Shown here piece after piece: positions 10,968-24,235 of a stretch of DNA of 64,000 nucleotides. Both the position numbers and the translations under genes were made by a program. Below the pieces are notes generated by a model that was not told the DNA's origin, ran no database searches, and saw nothing but the letters and a program-made list of their open reading frames with translations. The stretch is from Felis catus. Taxonomy: Eukaryota. Location: NCBI RefSeq assembly GCF_018350175.1, contig NC_058368.1:75766001-75830000 (forward strand). The letters run 5' to 3'. How positions within the stretch are numbered: the stretch's first letter is position 1; each line of letters starts with the position of its first letter.

Positions 10968-13339
10968 ATGTTCTTAGTCTGGGCGTCCAATTTTCTTCTT
11001 TCTCCTCATCCATTCTTTCTGCTCCCAAGCGTTTCCAAAAATTGTTGCATTTCAGATCACACTGCCAGCTGCATACTTTACTGCCTTACTAATCTGCAGA
11101 CATCTCTTACTTGATAACACTTCACACAGCTGTCTACCCCAGGCTTAAATGACTCTCTGATTTCTGAACAAGAAGCAGTTACACAAATAATGGCTCCAGG
11201 CCAAGGTCTTTGGCAGTATGGTTTTATCCACCAGGCCTGGCACAGAGAAAAGTTAAGAAAAATGGCTTTTTAATTTCTATTAAGTGTCTACATTTTTATC
11301 CTATCAAGTGACAAAGAATACAATTAAAGACTTGCTATACAGCATGTCAAACACGTATTCTAGTGTTTTGTGTTTTTTTAAATCTCATTTCTCTTCCCTT
11401 GTGTTTTATCATAGAGACAAGCTTTTCTTTTTTTCTTCTTTTTCCTTCCCTTTTTCCCCCAGTGGAATGTGGCGATGATTCTGGCAACCTTTTCTCCTCC
11501 TTTTTGTTAGGACCAAAAAAAGTCTAGTCCTTCAGGAGGCTTTTAATTGTTATCAGCTTGAAAGGGCTATCAGAAACCTGCAGTTAATGCCCTCAGATAT
11601 GGTGAGTCTCAACCTTGTGAACCCTTTTAACACAGCCCAGGTGCCTTTTCTAATACATCTTGTAAGGGAAGTTACTCATTGAAAAAAAATAACGTGCTGA
11701 ACCATTAAGATGTTTAACATTCAAAAAGCCAATAATAATAATGATTAATAAAAGTATAGCAGCAACACAAAGTATCCAAGAAATCTAATGGCCTTGGAAT
11801 TACAGAAGATGTGAAAAGTCTCTTTTTTTTTTTGCCATTAAGCAAACAAATCAATGAACTAGAACTAAAACCTTCCTATCCAATAGGCTGACAAAATATA
11901 CCAGCCAATAAATGTTTTAGAAAAAAAAAAAAAAAAGGAAACACAAACCTTATTGCTAAAAAAAAAAAAAAAAATGGCAGAACAAGAACAAAAATGTCTA
12001 TCAAGCCCTAGGACCAGAAAAGGGGGTGGTTACTCAGAACCCATTTTCCTTTTTGTCAGTTTGTGCTCTTCTGGCATCGTTTGACTCTGAAAACCGCAAA
12101 ATGAATTTCATGTGAATGATACGAGATCATTCCAGGTTAGATCAGAGACAGAAATGGACCATCAGAGGAGGTGGGTAGTTAATTCCTAACCTGCGCCATT
12201 AAATTTTGCCAAATCTTGCCATTGCAATCACGCCTCAGGTTTCCTTAACTCTCTTTTATTTGTACCAGGTTCATTATAAACTGTACTAATAAATAGGCTG
12301 TAAATGCATCTAAAGCTGTAAGGAATAATGGCAAACACCACTGATAACCTCTTATACCACAAACCGTTTCATTAACTTTTTTTTTTTAACTTCAGTAAAA
12401 CCTAGAAAAAGAATTCACTGGAACTCGGCAAATGAACTTGAAAAAAGTATTATTTTTGTCGAAATGAGTAGGCTGACTCTCAAAGTGCATTTTAAATTCA
12501 GTCCATTGCATTCTCAATAATATCTTAAATATGGGGCAATTATAGCTCTCTCCTAAATCTCCTGACTTTTCGCTACGGGAATATTAAGCAAAATTGTAGA
12601 TAGGTCTCCAAATTGGATTGCACTTTATCCTGCGCTCTAGACCAGAACCAAGATAGGCTAAGCTTGCCAGTCACAGTCCCCTCTGCATAGGAGATTGTTT
12701 TATCAAAATAAGGGAAGAAAAGGAAACAATATGTCTTTTCAAGGACTAGAAACTATGCAAATAGCTTTCAACTGGCCCTTTATGATGGAAATGCAAGGGA
12801 AGGGAGTCTGGAGGAGGGGGGCTGGCCCCACTCTATTATTCCCATGGGGGGTGATCTCTCCAACTCGACTTCATCCCTCTGCGTGTGACAGTGAAACTAA
12901 CAGCCCAATTCCTTTCACAAGGTGCGAGAAAAACTGTTCAGGGCTTGGTGAATATCACTTTTCTCTGTTGCCATTCTTTGAAATCGCAAGCAACTTCAGT
13001 GGAAGAGACACCTAAATCGGGTCCTTTTTTTTTTTTTTTCCTTGCCACTGTTTACTTCATGAATAAATAAAAGGACTACTTCCCCATCTACACTGCGTGC
13101 CTCAACCCAGGCTAGAAAGCAGATAGTCTGGCCCTAATCCCATGTCCATCATCTTTTTTTCCAAGACAATATTGCTACATTTGCTGACTCCTGAAGAAGG
13201 ATCAATTCACTGTGCTCTAGTTGTGGGATAAATAAACATCAAACCTTGTGTTTTGTCTTACAAACGAGGACAGTGAATCTCTATTTGTCACCTTTGGGCA
13301 CTTGGCTTTATGGCCTGTCACAAGCAGCTGCTATTTTAC

Positions 13340-13505
13340 GGGTGTGTTTATTTTTCACCTGCTTGTATGTGAGCTGCATGGGGGCAGGGAGCTTTTCCTC
13401 ATTCATGGCTGTGTCCTCCCTAAACTAGACCAATGCCTGATGGAGTCTAAGTATTCGATGAACATTTGTAGAGTTAGTACCACTATGAATTACGGAATGA
13501 ATACA
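13340..13505 (+). mobile_element. L2 3' end
   Basis: tgtgagctgcatgggggcagggagc...caatgcctgatggagtctaagtattcgatgaacatttg...gaatgaat. Confidence 0.6.
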
Positions 13506-13800
13506 TGTACTAAATTCACAAATCATGTTGATGACGTTTTGGGGTAATGAGGAGTTCATGGAGTCTAGAGCTGATGGCCAAGGAAGAATTCTTTTGATTT
13601 CATTAAAGCGTGGGGACAAGACCCCTGGGCAGGAAGAGCTGCACTGGGGTCTTGATGGGTAACTCATCATATACCCTCAAGTTAAGAGGGGTCAGGGATA
13701 GAGTAAGTCTCTGAGGAATTTTGAACGCAAGGTTTCCAGGCCCTTGAGGGGCTAGCTGTTGCTAAGGAAACACCATTTATTGCCATTTAATAAAACCTCA

Positions 13801-14011
13801 GGGGCATCTGGGTGGCTCAGTTGGTTGAGCATCAGACTTCGGCTCAGGTCCGGATCTCTCGGTTGGTTTGTGAGCTGAGCCCCACGTTGGGCTCCCTGCT
13901 GTCAGCACAGAGCCCACTTCAGATCCTCAGTTCTCCTCTCGCTGCCCCTCCTCTGCTCTCTCTCTCTCTCTCTCCCTAAAATAAACATGGAAAAAAAATC
14001 TTAAAAAAAAA
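13801..14011 (+). mobile_element. Can-SINE (older subfamily)
   Basis: ggggcatctgggtggctcag head, (CT)n, A-tail. Confidence 0.9.
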
Positions 14012-14387
14012 TCCTCAGTTCATGAAACCCTTCAGATGCATATCAGGGGCCATAAGCTTGGAGTAGGATTGCCTGCATGTATCTTGGGGCAGTTTGAGAT
14101 AAAGGAAGTAGACTGACAGGATCCTTGAGGTTGGGATAATGTGAAGCCAAGATTCTCTTTTGCCCCCAGCAAAGTGTCATCATGGAGGCAGCTGAGCTCC
14201 TGGAGGGAGGTCACTCTGCGGGTTTCAAGGACTTGTCAATGGGCCGTAGGCAGTAAGGGAATTTTAATTTCTCATTTGCCTTAGTTTCCCACATCACCAT
14301 GGCCAGCAGCTAAAACCCTTTCCTTTGTTCTTTTATTCTTGTGTAGCCAGGAGTGTCTGAGGAATATCACACATATTCCACCTGCAG

Positions 14388-14388
<1 letters not shown>

Positions 14389-14422
<34 letters not shown>
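14389..14422. repeat. (TG)n microsatellite
   Basis: Direct reading. Confidence 0.95.
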
Positions 14423-14427
<5 letters not shown>

Positions 14428-17400
14428 GCACGCGCAAGCAGGAGTCAGCCTATATTTAGCCCTCAGCTTGCCCCATGCTCCCTCATCAATATTAGATGAA
14501 TAAAATACAATGCAATGCCTCAGGGTTCCAGGCCTCAAATGTCTTAAAATAATTATTTTAAGACTATTGCCAATAAACAAAGGAATTAGCGTGTTTTAAT
14601 ATATCACCTTTAAAGAAAAACATGGATAAAAAAATATTATTCCTAATTCTCACATTGATGAAATATTGCGAGTGAATGGATTTGGTAGAAAAACACACAC
14701 CAAAGTGCTTCAAGTCTTTGGTCTTGCCAACCACTATTGCTTCCAGGGAATTCTGGAAAGTTGTGCCTAGGATGTTGAAAGATAACCTTATTTGTCAAGC
14801 ATTAGAACATGAAGTTCTATATTATATATACAATAAGTTCTATGTTATATATCTAATATATTATTAGGGGAAAAAGTTATTTTGAACTGAAGAGCAAAGA
14901 ATTTAAAACTCCAATCTCAGTTAATTTAGGAAACCAAAAAGTAAGATCTACTGCACATGAATTAAAAAATCGAAACAGACCCATGAATAATGGAATTCAT
15001 ATTGGAAACATCAGAGAATCTAGCTCCCTCTTTGCACTAAATAAACATAGAACATCCACGTGAAATCAGGATAGGTTCCAAGGGTCATGAACTACCAATG
15101 AAAACTTACACAAATCATTTCCAAGATTATTTAGGGGAAAAAAAAGTAAGACAAATCAACTTTAAAGTTTTCTGTTAGCCTAAAGATCTATGTTGTTCAA
15201 GCTCTGACAATGGTACAGCAAGGTCCAACCAAGCAGCTCACTGTGATGGAAACAGAGGACTCTCTAATTAGTCATGAAGAAGGTCCTTGTGGAGGGAAGG
15301 AGATAACTTTTTCTTTCCATAGCACGAAATTGTAGACCTCAGGTCATCCGAATGACATCTTTCATTACTGCTGAGGATAGAAATATGCTGTAATACAGAA
15401 GTGGCCTCTGGAGAGCTGAGTTATGAATTATTCTACCTCAGAAAAAGGCAGCCACTCACTTTAAAGCATTGCTCATGCTTAATATCAACATGATTTTGTT
15501 ACTTCTACTGCTCATACTAGAAAAACACTGCAACTCTGAGGGTTTATACATGGTTTTTTGTTATAGACCCAATTTCTTGGGGTTGATTTGTCTTTACAAT
15601 TATTTTAAGTTACAAATGGAATCTATGCTCCCTGGACATAACTTGTCAGCTCACATGAAAAGGTGTTTTACAAAACAGTAAATCACTTGTTAAGAGTGCG
15701 GTACAGGCTTAAAAATGAAGCAACACATTTTTTTTAAGTCCATTAACAATAACATTAAGGAACTCACTGAACAGTCTTGGGGCCAAGCAAGTTACGTTCT
15801 CCTTATAGAACCAACTTCATTTATCAAGTCAGAGATGTTCTGATATATGCCATTAATGGTAGCCCAAACAAGTGCTAGAATTATTCACAAGGAAGCACAT
15901 GAAGGGAGAAATTCAACATCATGAGAGGCGTTGCCTTCCGAGGGGAAATTCTCATGACCTGGTTTTGATAATTTATGAAGTTCAATCAGCAGCATTTAAA
16001 AACTTTGATAATTCGAGATAAGAAAAATAGTAATTTGCAGCCATTATTTGTAAGTGATTCCTAAGTGCCTCATAATTCTCAACTTGTTTCTAAAAGTAGT
16101 CATTTTAGTTAACATAAGCAGGCGACAATAGGTGATCTGTTTTGATAAACTTAAAGTGGTAAAGATTTTTAATTTAACTTTCCCTAATGGCAGAGAAATA
16201 ATTCAGGAACGAATTCTAACGGAGGATCTACACTGAACTTGGAAATGGAGAAAATTCAAATCTATGCATTTTTTGGACATGGGAGAAACTGAACATGCTG
16301 GAGATTATTGTAGGGAACTTGGAATTTAGGCTGTTGGTAAATTCAGACACGACTATCACACGCAGCCTTCTGGCAATATTTTTTTTTTCTGGCATAATGA
16401 ATTTAGACACGTGTGTTAGTGAGCAATGTCCTATTCAATTTATGTAGTACTATAATATAAGTAAGTCCTTAATTGGATCCACCCTTTGATAATGAGATCA
16501 TGGCAATAAAATATCATCAATATGGGCCAATGATAATTAACTATCTCAATCAGGGAAGAATGGATTAATTTTCATCAGGCGTGATTTTCATAGACCGGAG
16601 TAGGCTAGGAACAGAGAAGATTCAACCATAATTTTCCAATATTCCTTCCTAACATTGCCTTACCCATCCCGATGTATATTTTATTTTTCTAGCCCTATAT
16701 GATTGGGTAAAGGTGCAAATATGAATGGCTCTTCTTACTTCTGTATACACAATGTTAACACCCTTCTGAACATTGGGTACAGCCCATGAATTACAATTTA
16801 TTAAGGTTAGTTCTACAAATGAGAAAATGGAGATTTCCAGAGAGATTAAGAAAATTATCTAACTTCCAAAAGCTAAAAGAACGATGGAGTTGGATTCAAG
16901 GGGATCCCATCACAGATCCTTCCTTCTTCTACTATTCATATTGAATCCCATATAAACCATGGCCAGGGAGGATGTACTGTCCCTCCCAATGGTAATGCTA
17001 ATAAGCAGTCTGACATTTGTGGGACTAGCAAAATGGCGGCTCTCTATTAGCTCCCTAGCATCTGGCTTGACTTGTGTAGTCTCATTCCCAATAGTCACAA
17101 TAGCCCCGCAAACACTCATATCTATTTTATAGAAGAGAGTAACTGAGACTCAGAAAGGCAAGGCCAAGAGGCCATGTTCCCAATGTCGCCTTGAATCTAA
17201 AGCTCGTGTTTTCTACATCATGAAATAACTAGTCAAAGAAATGATTCCATAGCATTGCCAATTAAGCTGTTTCACAGCATTTTTTTTTTCTGTTCTGTCC
17301 CGTATTTTTATGGTTAACTATTGATGATCTCTCAGTGAGTGGACAAATGGTTTAATACAATTTCTTTATTGGTACCCACAATCCCATTCAGCCACCTTGA

Positions 17401-17519
17401 CTGAGTTTTTGGAACAAAGTCGATGAGTTGTTTGTAATTCAATAAGCGTCTTGGCTATTGACTAATAAAAAATACATCACAGTCTGCTTCTCATATCACG
17501 TGTGGAGTAATCTGCCTTG

Positions 17520-17649
17520 CTCATATCTGGGGCCAGGTAACTTTTTTGTCATGGGGGACCCTGTTCATCACAGGGTACTGAGCTGTGTCCCTAGCCTCTC
17601 CCTACTAGATGGCATACTGGCCCAAATCGCCTCCTGTTGAGAACCACTG
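17520..17649 (-). mobile_element. MER20 (hAT-Charlie MITE), internally deleted
   Basis: ccctagcctctccctactagatggca and terminal gttgagaaccactg (reverse complement CAGTGGTTCTCAAC). Confidence 0.75.
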
Positions 17650-18047
17650 GACTGCATACCTGTCAGTCCTGTGACTCAAATGAAAACTTTAGAACCTAAA
17701 ATATTTATAACTTACTTTCCTTATTTCCCAGGTAGGAAATTTCCTTTCCTTATTTCCTAGGGGTTTTCTTGGAACTGAGGCACACTGACAATATTTCTAG
17801 TATTACCACTAAGTTGTGATAAGAGAAATTTGCCTTTCTTTGACCGCTGGTCAAAATCAGTTAATTTTTCAGAGAGTCAGAAATCGTAGGCTAAGACCAT
17901 ATCTCATCTACTTCTTTTTATCTACCTAGGCTTTACCCTGCAATTTGAGCAAAATGCATGTTTAATATATTTTTTAATTTCGTAGTACAGAAGTTAACTG
18001 CATACCTGGATATAACCTAATTGGGAACACTTTAGAAATATGATATA

Positions 18048-18260
18048 GGGGCGCCTGGGTGGCGCAGTCGGTTAAGCGTCCGACTTCAGCCAGGTCACGA
18101 TCTCGCGGTCCGTGAGTTCAAGCCCCGCATTGGGCTCTGGGCTGATGGCTCGGAGCCTGGAGCCTGTTTCCGATTCTGTGTCTCCCTCTCTCTCTGCCCC
18201 TCCCCCATTCATGCTCTGTCTCTCTGTCCCAAAAATAAATAAAAAACGTTGAAAAAAAAA
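18048..18260 (+). mobile_element. Young felid Can-SINE
   Basis: CpG-rich head ggggcgcctgggtggcgcagtcggttaagcg; perfect TSD agaaatatgatata at 18034-18047 and 18261-18274. Confidence 0.98.
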
Positions 18261-18523
18261 AGAAATATGATATAAATTTTAAGCAACCGATGTAAATTAA
18301 GATGCCAATAAAGCCATGAGATGCTTTTGAAGGAATATTACCTCCAAATGTGGCTGTTCTAAGGCACAGGTGCGCTGGTCTTTCACATTGTTAAATGGAA
18401 ATCTCTTGCTTCGAAAAATAGGAATGAAATGAATAGAGAGAAAGAAAACAAAGAGAGGGATAGTAAAGCATATACTGCCATATACAGCCAAATAGAACAT
18501 GTGTAAAATATGGGCCATCTCAC

Positions 18524-18643
18524 CAGTTTTTAAATTCATGGTTTTCTACTTGAATCGGTAGTTTTCCACTTGTGTTCTAATGTATTCAGTAGCATGTGGC
18601 CAAAATGGACCTCATCTGAATTGCTTGCATGAAGGAAACTTAC
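18524..18643 (-). other. Putative recursive splice site with 120-nt RS/poison exon
   Basis: Minus: ttaat (branch-like)...ttttatttatattttAG|GTAAGT; downstream donor CTG|GTGAGA at 18524/18523; stops in all three frames. Confidence 0.5.
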
Positions 18644-18761
18644 CTAAAATATAAATAAAATATCCATTAAACTTCTCATTCTGGGCATCAGTATTAGCAC
18701 CCCCCCCTTTTCCTAAGATCATTCGACCATAAGTGTCACTGGTCATAGAGCTATATTCTCC

Positions 18762-18973
18762 TTTTTTTTCCAACGTTTATTTATTTTTGGGACAGAGAGA
18801 GACAGAGCATGAACGGGGGAGGGGCAGAGAGAGAGGGAGACACAGAATCGGAAACAGGCTCCAGGCTCTGAGCCATCAGCCCAGAGCCCGACGCGGGGCT
18901 CGAACTCACGGACCGCGAGATCGTGACCTGGCTGAAGTCGGACGCTTAACCGACTGCGCCACCCAGGCGCCCC
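18762..18973 (-). mobile_element. Young felid Can-SINE
   Basis: Near-consensus, CpG-intact; TSD tatattctcctttt on both sides. Confidence 0.98.
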
Positions 18974-19135
18974 TATATTCTCCTTTTTCTGTTTCTTTCT
19001 CATGGATGACTCAGCACTTAGTTGTTTCAATATTTGCAAAACAGGTTAGAGGGTTAGAGCAGCCACCTCTGAAATACCTTTCTCTCTTCCACATTGGCTT
19101 TAGGAGAGTCAGTGGCTACTAACTCTAACCCACTA

Positions 19136-19320
19136 GCCTGGGTGGTTCAGTTGGTTAAGCACCCAACTCTTGGCTTCTGCTCACGTCATGATCTCACGGT
19201 TCATAAGAGCCTGTTCATGGAGCCTGCTTGGGATTCTCTCCCTCTCTCTCTGCTCCTACCCTGGTGTCTCTCTCTCTCTCTCTCTCAAAATAAATAAATA
19301 TACTTTAATATATTTTAAAA
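19136..19320 (+). mobile_element. Can-SINE (older, internally deleted)
   Basis: gcctgggtggttcagttggttaagc head, (CT)n, aaataaataa. Confidence 0.9.
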
Positions 19321-21918
19321 GGTGCAAAACACCAGAGGCAATTAAATCTGAAATGTTACTTGGACATTGATGGAAAATAAAGAGACATGGAACTTTAGTT
19401 ACAAGTAATGTAACTAGTAATCATACTCCACACTAAAGACCCATATCCTGATGCCTCTTTTTGTTTTAGATTACTATCAAACTATTTTCTATTTTAGAGG
19501 CTAATAATAACGTTGAAATAGCTAAAGAAAACACACCGTATCTTATCTGGAAACAAAGGAGACTGTTTTCACTTCTCGGCAACTCGAAGTCTGCGGCCTA
19601 AAGAAAATATGTACGTGCTAAGCACACATGGAGGTAGATATCCAAATTTAATTTAAATACTTGGCAAGTACCAGAAATCACTGCCTGGCTGATAGACACT
19701 TCAGATGTCTCTCAGTCTGCTCAGTGTCATTTTTCTAGATTTTCAGATGGAGTCCAGTAAAAATGGTTTACAACGAGCATACACGTTGTGTCCACAATAT
19801 TCCTTCATATATTAAAAATAGCAATGAACCTCTGGGAGCTGTCTCATCGTAGCAGAATCTTGCGGATATTAAGGCAAAAAAAAAGACATTTTGGGTTTGA
19901 TGGTTTGTAAAAAGAAAAAGAAAAGACAGAATTTGATTTGGCACATCCATTGCAGCTATGCCCTCCAGAGTGGTTTTTTTTGTTCCACGGTGTGCATTTT
20001 TTTTTCCGAGATAGTTTCCTTTTTGTACATAAATAAAATTCAACTGGCATCAGGAAGCATTTTTAAATTACTGGAAAGACTGCAGTGTAGGTCGTAGTTA
20101 CAAGAGTGTTTTATTGGCTTTCCAAATATTGCATTTAAAAATGATATTTGGGTCAGATTTTGTCTGTGCTAAGACTCAACTTACAAGATAGCACCTACAT
20201 TTAAATGTTGGGACCACCAACATGACCGTACCTTAGGCCACCAGATTAATTAGCTTTTTTAGCTATGTTCTGTGCCTCAGAACATAGCTCCTCCCGTCCT
20301 CTCTATGCAAATATCTGGACTGCCAGCAAATGGGTCATTTATTAGACAAGTGGTTATTCTGTAGTGGTCTTTCTTTACAATTCAGCTTTAGTCATGTTTG
20401 CTCATGTAAAATTGGTACAGGTGAATATACTAATACATCTATATGTACAGGTGAATATACTAATACATCACATGTGGGCCATTAACCAAGCAAGGATGAT
20501 GTCGGCCATCTGCCTGGCATATGATCTTCACGTGTGCGCATGTCAGAGGGAGCACCCAATGGGTCTCACCATGATGGCCAAGTATAGGAGACAGCTTTTG
20601 CTTTAAGTTTGGAGTGATTCTTGTCTGCCTTTTACATTGATGACAAATACTTGGACAGATTTTAGATCTCTTAGCCATAACATTCTGACACAACATACTC
20701 TATTAAAGCCTCTTTTTCTATTATTTACATTTGAGATATCTCTGAGATTACGAAGCAGGTTGATTAAAAAAAAAAAAGTAGTTCCCATTAGTGAATACAT
20801 ACATGTGGAAATCAACATCTTTTCCATCACATACAACCAAACCAAAGAAGACAAGATTTGAAGGCTGCTATTTAAAGCAGAGGCATAGCTAAGGGAAACA
20901 GTGGGGGAATTACCACCGGGGTAGAATCTGGGGAGGTACTGAAGGGAAGAAAAGGCACAATAGACAGATAATGTCAAGAATTATTTCAAAATATCAGCCA
21001 TGGTTAAGGCAGTGGCATTTTCTTAAATGTTGTCTCTCACATTTTGGGAGCATTTACCATGTTCCCGAAAGGCAGGTGAAAGAAAGAATATGTCAAGATT
21101 TTAACTTTGCAGAAAAGGATATTTTGTGTCAGTTTCACGCCCCGTATCTCCTTCAATAAAAATTAGTCAAAACTGGATATTTCGCATTTGGCAAGCTGGG
21201 AAAATATCTTAGAGAAAAATCAGAATCATATTTTTAATTCCAAATTCACTGAAATATATACTTGCATGTTTAAACATAACAAGACGAGGAAACTTGGAAT
21301 ATAATTAGCTCAGAAGAACTTCAAAACAGGAGTAATCCTCTGTTACCCTTGTAAGGTAACTGGAGAGTCTTAGTACGTAGGAATACTCCAAAGCTGCGTC
21401 CATCTTATTATTGTAAAGTAACTTGAACTTCATTTCAAGACTTCATTTCACATCCAGTTTTAGCTGTTACCAAACTGGCAGAAGCTGTAGTTAAAAATTA
21501 ATCGACCGAGTACTTTGCGAAACTGGAAATACCGTAGGAATCAGTCCTCCAGTCTAGGTTTGTAAGGCAAGACTGCCAAGACTTTCCCCAGGCCTTGGGT
21601 ATCATCAGTACAACGTAGAGGTTTACAAATCAACAGTGTGCCTTGTCCACGCACTTTTCTCTCCCTGGGAGCATTTCTCCTGCCCTCTACCAGTCCCTTC
21701 TCTCTAAGACAAGACCAGGGCTGTTCAATTCCTGCTCTTCAGGTTTTTAAACTTAAATATTTTAAGCACAGAATCTTTCACATCGCCCCAAGGTTGCTGT
21801 CAATTTAGACTAAGCTATTTAGCTGCTAAGGGTCTTCAAAATTAATGTCAACACCAAGCAGGGTTAAGAATGTCTGAGTTCCTGTTTATGCTAAGTAAAT
21901 ATGAAAATATTTGGTATA

Positions 21919-22121
21919 GGGGCTCCTGGGTGGCTCAGTCAGTTGAGTGTCCGACTTGAGGTCAGGTCACGATCTTATCGTTTGTGAGTTCAAGCCCTGC
22001 GTCGGGCTCTGTGCCCACAGCTCCGGAGCCTGGATCCTGCTTCGGATTCTGTGTCTCCCTCTCTCTCTGCCCCTCCCCCACTCACACTCTGTTTCTCTCT
22101 CCTTCAAAAATGAATAAACAT

Positions 22122-22151
<30 letters not shown>
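21919..22151 (+). mobile_element. Can-SINE with (TAAA)n tail
   Basis: TSD aaaatatttgg(t/a)ata. Confidence 0.95.
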
Positions 22152-22153
<2 letters not shown>

Positions 22154-22324
22154 AATATTTGGAATAAAATCTATGTATGTCCAATAAATAATGTGGTAAT
22201 CTTCCTAGGAAAATATACAAGTGGAATAGTCCATACTTATTTTGGAATTAAAATCGCATTAATTCCTCAAAATGAAAAATCAAGACTCTTCCTGTAGCTT
22301 TGCACATTCTTTGATTACGTGATA

Positions 22325-22945
22325 TTCTGAAAAATATTCTGAAAACTATGGAGACAATAAAAAAGATCAGTGGTTTCATGTGGCACCTGGTGACTCAGTC
22401 AGTTAAGTGCCGACTTCAGCTCAGGTCATGATCTCACAGTTCATGAGTTTGAGCCCCGAGTCGGGCTCTGTGCTGACAGCTCAGAGCCTGGAGCTGTTTT
22501 GGATTCTGTGTCATCTTCTCTCTCTGCCCCTCCCTTGCTCTCATTTTGCCTCTCTGTCTCTCTCTAAAATAAATAAACATTAAAAAATAAAATAAAATAA
22601 AAGATCAGTGGTTTTAGGAGAGTAACTAACAATGACTGGACAGACCACAGGATTTTTAGGAAAGTGACAGTACTCTGTATGATATTATAATGATGGATAT
22701 AAATTATTATGCCTTTGTCCAAACCCATGGAACATACAACACCAGGAGTGCATCCTGAGGTAAACTATCCATTTTGATAGTTATGAAGTGTCAGCGGTCG
22801 ATTCATCTTTAGTAAAAGATGTACCCTCCCCCAGCAGTGAGAAATGTTGATAATGGAGGGCACCGTGCATATGGGAAATCTCTAAACCTTCCTAATTTTG
22901 TTGTAAACCTAAAATTGGCCTTAAAAAGGAAAGTCTTAAAAAAGA
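22325..22945 (+). mobile_element. L1MC-like 3' end interrupted by a SINE
   Basis: aaaactatggagacaataaaaaagatcagtggtt...ggatttttagg...ctctgtatgata...gtccaaacccatggaacatacaacacc...gtaaacctaaaa. Confidence 0.85.
22380..22598 (+). mobile_element. Can-SINE inside L1MC
   Basis: TSD aaaagatcagtggttt. Confidence 0.95.
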
Positions 22946-23813
22946 GAGAATAAATGCCAAAGAAAACCATGTAAAACTGAAAGGCAAATCATCAAGGAAG
23001 AGGAATGTTACCTCCTTTTAAAAAAAGAAAAGAGAAAAGACGAGGGGAAAGATAACACAGTGGGGGTGGGTGGGTAATGTGACTTCGTTGAAAGATGGCC
23101 ATAACAATATTAAGTCATAAAGGAATTAAACCTGAAGGAAATACTATACAATTTTAACAATTAGCAATCAAAAAGCACAATAAAAGTGGCATTACTTTAT
23201 CATCTTTCCTTGTATGAAAACACTAAGATCAAACATCAAAGAGTCACATAAACTATTAATAATGCACTTAAAAGGACTGACGTGGGCAGTATAAACAAGG
23301 GTATCTATGGTAGCTAATTCTAAAGTGCTGGCTGATTATTCTCAGAGGGCCGCTCAAATCAATTCTAGAAAGAATTGCTTAGTTCCTCATCACAGATCAT
23401 GTACTTAACCACATGATACAGGGTGCTTATGTGTCATTACTCGCATCGTGTAGCAACAATCCAAAATCAAGAGGGTGAAAGAAAGAACTGGGAAGAAATA
23501 GCCCCATAAAAGGAATAATATATTACAATGTTACACATGGTATCATCTCAAAAATGCTCTCGTATAACCCTGGAGGCAGAGGTCATGAGGAGAAAGAATC
23601 GGGCTTTGAAGGGGTAAGTACAGAGGACAATTAGCTGAGAGAAAGCTGATTTGGCTGTAATGTGTAGTTGCTGGAAAAAGGCACGGTAAAAGAACTTAAT
23701 ATGAGGTGTGAGAAGAAAGTAAGTTTTACTCATGGCTGTTACTTTTTCTCATTACTGTGTCAGTGTCAACTGTACATCTACATTAATTAATTACATTAAT
23801 GAAATGCACTCTT

Positions 23814-23988
23814 GGGGCGCCTGGGTGGCTCTGTCGGTTAAGTGTCCGACTTCAGCTCTGGTCATGATCTCATGGTTCGTGGGTTGGAGCCCCGCATTGG
23901 GCTCTGTGCTGACAGCATGGAGTTTGCGCCTCCCCTCCTCTCTCTCAAAATAAACAAACAACAAGCAAACAAACATTGAAGAAAAAAG
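23814..23988 (+). mobile_element. Can-SINE (internally deleted)
   Basis: ggggcgcctgggtggctc head; A-rich tail. Confidence 0.9.
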
Positions 23989-24235
23989 TTCATTCTTAAC
24001 CACACCAGATATTCTACTGAAAATTTAACTGATAATGTGGGTTATTGTGACTTTTAGAATTTCTAGAAGGGCACAGTAGAGAACTTTATATTCTTGTTCT
24101 CTAAATCAAGCAAAAAAAAAAAAATATATATACCCGTACATACACATTCATACACTGTGCATCAAGTAAAAATGCATATATATCCCCATACTCAAATTTA
24201 CATGAAATACATATACATACACATTCTTGCCTTTC

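Noticed and set aside
18048..18125. tRNA gene
   Set aside because: tRNA-derived SINE head with A/B boxes followed by SINE body, tail and TSD; the same applies to the other SINE heads.
18733..19122. 129-aa ORF and the many similar 'MAQSVKRPTSAQVMIS...' ORFs
   Set aside because: Chance translations of Can-SINE sequence.
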